DNA of 64,000 nucleotides from IMG/VR virus record IMGVR_UViG_3300041416_000287, positions 176,449 to 240,448 of that record; one strand, 5' to 3'. Shown piece by piece: positions 58,432 to 64,000 of this stretch (position 1 is its first letter; each line of letters starts with the position of its first letter). The notes under the pieces were generated by a model. It saw only the letters and a program-made list of their open reading frames with translations, ran no database searches and was not told where the DNA came from. The position numbers and the translations under genes were made by a program.

Positions 58432-61400
58432 ATGAATGGGGCTCCGAATAAATTAGATACAACACATGAACCTCTGGATAGGCCTGAAGTTGAGGAAACG
58501 ACAGTAACGGCTCATGCGTTCGATTGGACCGTTAAGGATATGCAAGGGGATGACGACCATGTGGCTATTCATTGTTGGTCATTAGATCGGGAATCGAAGC
58601 CCAATTTGTTGCGATTTATTGATTTCCCGGCCTTCTGTCACGTTGAGCTACCGTTGTTCGTTCGGAATCACACTTATCAATGGCGACCAGCGGCAGTAGA
58701 TTCTTTTATGAGAATGCTCGCCGAGAGGTTAGGTGCGCATGCTCCAGTGAGATATGTCTTCAAGCAGTCCAAGAAGACATATTATTATCGCGGCCAGCGC
58801 ACCTTTCCGATGCTCCAGTTGTCTTTCAACAGCTTGCGTGCGATGCAGCATTGCACTAATTTGCTCGCTGACCCACTGAAGACGGATGATTGGGGATTCA
58901 TTAAGTGTACAGTGTGGGAAGATTCTATTTCCATTGTCCGTAAGCTACTCACGGTTCGAGATGTCCGGTATTCACAATGGTTTACCGTGACAGCTCGTCA
59001 GGTTGAACCCGAATTAAGAATATCAACCTTAGAGCGTGAATATATTGCCGAATGGGATACGATGCAAATCGTTCCGCCCGAACAATGCACCGCTTGGAGC
59101 ACGCAGCCTGGCGTTTTGGCATTTGATATCGAATGCTACTCGAATAACCATCGCGCAATGCCAGATAAATACAATGCCTTGCATGTAGCCTATATGATTT
59201 CGTGCATTTATCAACGTTATCGCAAGGCAGAAACGAGACAACGGTATGGCATTGTAATCGGAGATTGTGATCATATTCCTCCCGAGAAACTAGCGAATTG
59301 CAACGTAATTAGGGTGAACACAGAATATGAGATGGTCGAAGCCTTTGCTCGAATCGTCAGAGAAACTGATCCCGAGATTCTAGCCGGCTATAACATTCTC
59401 GGCTTCGATTATACGTATTTAGATCACCGAGTAAAGCGATGGCTGAAGCAATGGCCGGCGATGGGTCGGATCGATGGAGAAACTCCGAACATGACTAGTA
59501 AATCGTGGAAGTCGGGGGCTTATGGCCATCAAAGTATTAACATCTTGCAGATGGAGGGCCGCATCTCGATTGATCTTCTTCCTATTGTGAAGCGAGATTA
59601 TAAACTTGATAAGTATGATCTCAATACTGTATGTAAGAAATTCATTGGGAAGACCAAGCATGATATTAAGCCGGCCGAGATGTTCCTAATTTATGAGGAT
59701 ATGCGCCGAACTTTAGCGGCTTGGATAGCAATTGCAAAAGAGGCCCAAGATAATCCAGCTCTCCTCAATGATGCGACATATCTAGCTAGAAAAGAAGAGG
59801 CCCAAGAAGCGTTCGATGTAGCAAAGGCAGAAACGACTCGGGTGTTGGAGTACTGTATTCGAGACTCTGAGCTGGTAATTGAGCTTATGGAGAAGATGAA
59901 CATCTGGGTTGGATTGGTCGAGATGTCGAATATTGTTGGCACCACCATTGTTGAGCTGTTTACTCGCGGCCAACAAGTGCGGTGTTTGTCTCAGATTTAT
60001 GACAAGGCAGCTCGTCTGGGATTCGTTCTAGACAAGCGAGATGTCCCTGGATTCAAGTTTGCTGGCGGATTTGTCTACGATCCTATTCCCGGATTGTATG
60101 ACAATATTATTTGCCTTGATTTCATGTCACTATATCCGAGTATTATGATGGCGTACAATATCTGCTACACTACTTTGATCCCACCTGAATTGGAGGATCT
60201 CATTCCGGATGAGGATTGTCATATCATAGACTTTGATCAGGATGAGATTGAGGGCGGTGAGGACGATGAAGATGAAGAAGAGGAAGAGGTTCTGAAGGAG
60301 CTAAATGAGAAGGGAAAGAAAGGAAGGACCGTTAAGAAGCACTATCGATTTAAGTTCTTCAAGTGGCAAGAGGGACTATTGCCACAGTTGGTGCGTGAGC
60401 TGGTGGCCCAGCGTCGTGCTGTTAATCGTCAGATTGCTCAATTGAAGGAAGAACTCAAGGGACTTGAGCGAACAGAAGATACCCGAGCCCATCTTGAGGC
60501 GTATTTGAGTGGTACGGTGCAGATTCAGTCAGTGAAGGCAGCCGGTCAACGAGTAAAGGAACTCACTGAATCGAAGCCGCCAGCTGCTCCTGAGGCGATC
60601 ACCGCGGCGAAGCGAGATCTGGCCATTGCGCAATTATTCGACGTTACCGTTACCCAGAAACGATTGGATGATGCAGTGGCAGCTAAACCGCCAACTCATC
60701 CGGCTTTGCTTGAGTTAGCACGTCTCGAGCACGAAGTTGCTCAGGCCTATACGAATAAACAGGATGCGGCATTGCGAGTGAAGTTGGCCCAGTTGCAAGT
60801 TTCCCGTGAAGGCCGAACTGTCCGCATTGAGGAGATTAAGTTGCAGATTGTCGTGCTCGACAAACGACAATGGGCATTGAAGATTACAGCCAATTCCTTC
60901 TTTGGATTTTTGGGTGTTCATCATGGTGGTAAGATGCCGCTGATTGAAGGTGCGATGTCGATCACAGCCAAAGGTCGTGAACTCATCGGTAAAGTTCGCG
61001 AATATATTGAGCAAAAGTACCAAGGAGTACAGATTTATGGTGATACCGACTCCGTGATGATGCATCTACCTCAAATTAAGCATTCTCGAGAGTGTAATTA
61101 TTGGGGCTCACGGTTAGCTCAAGAAATCAGCGGCATTAAAGCAGGGGAGAAAGATTGTGATGGCGTATTATGGCCAGAAGGCAGACCCGGATTATTCCCA
61201 CCACCGTTAGGAGTGGACTTCGAGAAGGCCATGCGACTGTTATGTCTGAAGAAGAAGAAATATGCCGCTTATCTTATTGGTAAGGATGGCAGCTTCAAGA
61301 CAGAGGATGTTATGGACAAGCATGGTAACATTATTGGTAATCGGCTCATGATGCTCAAGAAAGGAATTATCTTGGCGCGGCGTGATAATTGCAAGTTCCT

Positions 61401-62358
61401 TCGCGATACCTATATTCAGATCTTGGATATTATTATGAACCGAGGTAGTCTTGATGAGGCCATTAATGTCCTAATCGATGCCATTCAGAATTTGTTGGAT
61501 GGAAAAGTGCCTCATGATGACCTCGTGATTATTCGCGAGTTAGGTTCTAATTATAAATCGGACAGTTATTTCATGAAGGTCTTCGCCGATGATCTCAAGA
61601 AAGCTGGGAAGATCGTCAATCCCGGCGATCGACTAGACTTTGTAATTGTCGAGGATCCCACAGCAACGTTATTGGGACATAAGATGCGTCTGGTCGAACA
61701 GTATGTTGAACGGTTGCAGACCCCGACGCCTGAGCGGATCGATTATAACTATTATATTGAGAAGGTGCTTATGAATCCAATTAATCAGCTCTTTGAGGTA
61801 GGATTCAAGAATGAGATTGCTCAGCTTCAGCATGTGTCATATAAGCCGACGAATCGACATAAAGCGATTTATCTAGACCGGCCAGTGCAGATCATTCTAA
61901 AGTTACGCGAACGTGGTTATGATCTGAAAATGTTCAAGGAGGCCGTTCGCTACAATGTGGCGAAACTAAAGGGTCAACCAACATTGACCCTGAATATTAA
62001 TCCAATTGTTCAGCAGGCTCAGGTTCTAATTCCGGCCGTTGAATTGAAGGATCCAGGGGAGACGAAGCCGGTTGAGCAGAAACTAATGACGCTGAAGATA
62101 ATACCGCCACGACTAACACCACTAGCGCAGCCAGCGCCAACACTGACCCAGTCAGTGCCGGTGCAACCACATCCTCGAGTTCCCACTTCTCCTTCTCTGA
62201 TTCTACCTCGAATGGCGATAAGAGTACCAGAAGTGCCAAAACCGGTTCCACAGACTCCTAGCGTTAGCCAAGTCCCAAGAATGATGACACTAAACATCAC
62301 GCCACAACAGTTGGCTAGTCGGGTTCCGGCTATTCCCATTATAAATGGACAAGTCTGA
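58432..62358 (+). CDS. polB: Family B DNA polymerase with fingers insertion and Pro-rich C-terminal tail
   Basis: FDIEC, GYNILGFD, YCIRD, DFMSLYPS, KITANSFFG, YGDTDS, KKKYA, RRD. Confidence 0.97.
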   Translation: MNGAPNKLDTTHEPLDRPEVEETTVTAHAFDWTVKDMQGDDDHVAIHCWSLDRESKPNLLRFIDFPAFCHVELPLFVRNHTYQWRPAAVDSFMRMLAERLGAHAPVRYVFKQSKKTYYYRGQRTFPMLQLSFNSLRAMQHCTNLLADPLKTDDWGFIKCTVWEDSISIVRKLLTVRDVRYSQWFTVTARQVEPELRISTLEREYIAEWDTMQIVPPEQCTAWSTQPGVLAFDIECYSNNHRAMPDKYNALHVAYMISCIYQRYRKAETRQRYGIVIGDCDHIPPEKLANCNVIRVNTEYEMVEAFARIVRETDPEILAGYNILGFDYTYLDHRVKRWLKQWPAMGRIDGETPNMTSKSWKSGAYGHQSINILQMEGRISIDLLPIVKRDYKLDKYDLNTVCKKFIGKTKHDIKPAEMFLIYEDMRRTLAAWIAIAKEAQDNPALLNDATYLARKEEAQEAFDVAKAETTRVLEYCIRDSELVIELMEKMNIWVGLVEMSNIVGTTIVELFTRGQQVRCLSQIYDKAARLGFVLDKRDVPGFKFAGGFVYDPIPGLYDNIICLDFMSLYPSIMMAYNICYTTLIPPELEDLIPDEDCHIIDFDQDEIEGGEDDEDEEEEEVLKELNEKGKKGRTVKKHYRFKFFKWQEGLLPQLVRELVAQRRAVNRQIAQLKEELKGLERTEDTRAHLEAYLSGTVQIQSVKAAGQRVKELTESKPPAAPEAITAAKRDLAIAQLFDVTVTQKRLDDAVAAKPPTHPALLELARLEHEVAQAYTNKQDAALRVKLAQLQVSREGRTVRIEEIKLQIVVLDKRQWALKITANSFFGFLGVHHGGKMPLIEGAMSITAKGRELIGKVREYIEQKYQGVQIYGDTDSVMMHLPQIKHSRECNYWGSRLAQEISGIKAGEKDCDGVLWPEGRPGLFPPPLGVDFEKAMRLLCLKKKKYAAYLIGKDGSFKTEDVMDKHGNIIGNRLMMLKKGIILARRDNCKFLRDTYIQILDIIMNRGSLDEAINVLIDAIQNLLDGKVPHDDLVIIRELGSNYKSDSYFMKVFADDLKKAGKIVNPGDRLDFVIVEDPTATLLGHKMRLVEQYVERLQTPTPERIDYNYYIEKVLMNPINQLFEVGFKNEIAQLQHVSYKPTNRHKAIYLDRPVQIILKLRERGYDLKMFKEAVRYNVAKLKGQPTLTLNINPIVQQAQVLIPAVELKDPGETKPVEQKLMTLKIIPPRLTPLAQPAPTLTQSVPVQPHPRVPTSPSLILPRMAIRVPEVPKPVPQTPSVSQVPRMMTLNITPQQLASRVPAIPIINGQV

Positions 62359-62415
62359 TAAATCTAACGACATATGTATAACATATGTTGCTTATTCCGT
62401 CACTGTGTTACTCCC

Positions 62416-63855
62416 TTACTTGATGGTAAACTTGTAGGGATTGTCACCGCCACCGGTGATAGTGAACTTCCTCACTACTAGAAGACGGGCACGGGTAATG
62501 AAGCTAGGGCTGACTTCCTCATTCACTGAAGCAGCCAGTCCCTCATCCTGTTTCTCAGGCGACTCTGTCTCAGTGGCAGAAGCGGCGATCTCGTCCTCCT
62601 CTTCCTCATCATCCTCTTCGTCATAGGAAACATTGGTGAAAATATTGTTGTTGGCGATGCGACAATGTAACTTCGCATTCATGTTGGCAAAGACAATACC
62701 AATATCACCATGGAAGCTTGTGCTATCCCAAGCGTAAGAATATCCGTGATAACCACGTTCACTGGGGGCACTCGGGAAGTGCTTACGAGGTTCGGCGATA
62801 CTGAAGTGATCAGATGGCATGTTGTCTAGGCGGACAGTAGTACCATATTTCAAGGTTGTGGTTTTCACAGGGTCCCAACCACCATATAGATCCTGAGTAT
62901 CAGTTGTGTAGTTAGAATAGTTGTGATTGGCAGTAGCATCCAAATTCTCAGCCACCCAGAAGAAGGCCAGACAAGGATTCGTGCAGTGAAGGCTAATCTC
63001 GGCCGTACTCTTATACTTATTCGGGTTAGGAGTATCACACACCTCAATGTCTCGGGTGTAGAAAACGCGACTCTCCTTACACTTGTACCACTTGATTTCA
63101 GGGTCGGTAATGTAAGAATAGCGACCCCACAGCTCAGGGAGACGAATAGTGGCCGAAGCATTAATATCGAGATACTGGTGTACCTTCTTGGTCGTATCCT
63201 TCCACTTCTTGTCCTTGCTTAGAATCTGAACGCGGAGCAAATCCACAATCTTACGGCGGAAGGTGTATCGGTGTTCAGCTCGAGTTTGAGAAGTCTTGTA
63301 GAAGATAGGGAAAGCGAGGGCATGATCCATAGAGTAGAACCAGGGTTGGTCGACGTTAACCGGGTAAGGTGGTAAGAACTCACTCCAATCCTCCAAACAT
63401 TTCACATTACCAACTCCAGTATTGTGACAGTCTCGCTTGCCAGCCCCTCCATCCTGATAGAACTGGAAATAGATGTCTGCCCAGACATTATCCCAAGTCT
63501 GATACGTATCGTCATCTTCTTTGAAGGTGGCTTGCTGTACTGGGTTGGTTCCCACATTGTGACACCAGGCAATTCTTACGCGCCCTTTGAACTCTGACTT
63601 CACTCGAACGGGAGGAAGCATGAAGCGCATGTAGCTATACATCAGGAAATGGAACGAATTGTTCACTGAATAAACCGTCTCTTCACCATCTGTCGTGCAC
63701 TTCAGCTTCATCGGAAGACTACTGTACCACGTGGACTTAATGAAGGCCTTATAGAAATTGGAAATAATATCCTCGGACATGTTACTAGTGACATGGATCT
63801 CGCGTTGAAAGTCCGTTAAGGAGTTTAATTCTTCTTTTGCAGCCTGAATCGACAT
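62416..63855 (-). CDS. mcp: Divergent NCLDV major capsid protein (pithovirus-like)
   Basis: KSTWYS, LMYSYMRFMLP, RIAWCHNVG, GN...L...LP, PWFYS, P.LAFFWVAEN, FPSAPSERGYHGYSYA. Confidence 0.75.
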   Translation of the reverse strand: MSIQAAKEELNSLTDFQREIHVTSNMSEDIISNFYKAFIKSTWYSSLPMKLKCTTDGEETVYSVNNSFHFLMYSYMRFMLPPVRVKSEFKGRVRIAWCHNVGTNPVQQATFKEDDDTYQTWDNVWADIYFQFYQDGGAGKRDCHNTGVGNVKCLEDWSEFLPPYPVNVDQPWFYSMDHALAFPIFYKTSQTRAEHRYTFRRKIVDLLRVQILSKDKKWKDTTKKVHQYLDINASATIRLPELWGRYSYITDPEIKWYKCKESRVFYTRDIEVCDTPNPNKYKSTAEISLHCTNPCLAFFWVAENLDATANHNYSNYTTDTQDLYGGWDPVKTTTLKYGTTVRLDNMPSDHFSIAEPRKHFPSAPSERGYHGYSYAWDSTSFHGDIGIVFANMNAKLHCRIANNNIFTNVSYDEEDDEEEEDEIAASATETESPEKQDEGLAASVNEEVSPSFITRARLLVVRKFTITGGGDNPYKFTIK

Positions 63856-64000
63856 CTTTTGATTCTTATTTGGCAATGTTTAAGCTATTATTCTTGTCAC
63901 CGGAATATATACTATGTTCAGGTCATTATTCTGTGTTCAGAACGCTCCCTATTTTGGACCAGTATTTTTGATCTGAAATTATGATTCTAAAATCCCCCAG

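Noticed and set aside
60440-60850. Intein in PolB
   Set aside because: No Cys/Ser-start block A, no His-Asn C-terminus and no LAGLIDADG motifs; the segment is helical
1-64000. Pithovirus-type palindromic MITE arrays, transposases or rRNA
   Set aside because: Intergenic regions are short; the palindromes are mostly single and unique in sequence; no transposase or rRNA signature seen

Overview
Gene-dense 64-kb segment of a giant nucleocytoplasmic DNA virus (Nucleocytoviricota). It most resembles the pithovirus/orpheovirus-like Pimascovirales; this placement is my inference from gene content, with no database search. Core genes: family B DNA polymerase, a divergent major capsid protein, VETF large subunit, VLTF2, FEN1/XPG, ExoIII-type AP endonuclease, thymidine kinase, a dNMP kinase-like protein, GIY-YIG and HNH nucleases. 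Also present: an eIF5-like factor, a FYVE-PI3/4-kinase, two collagen-like proteins, a GMC oxidoreductase, glycosyltransferases, ankyrin repeats, several Cys-rich entry-fusion-like membrane proteins and a tandem array of shuffled zinc-finger paralogs. The ORF track misses three tRNA genes (Tyr, Trp, Phe). Each is associated with an upstream TCTAAAGAGATRG box and a downstream hairpin. Most genes end in AT-rich palindromic hairpins and many start with TAAATG. The strongest new signal is a short peptide motif, [LM]-T-L-[NKR]-[IV], found 9 times in 6 proteins. Five of these are DNA replication/repair enzymes, and the motif always lies in flexible segments outside the catalytic domains, so it is a candidate non-PIP docking motif for a viral replisome hub or clamp. 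The HNH gene also extends upstream through one in-frame TAG.
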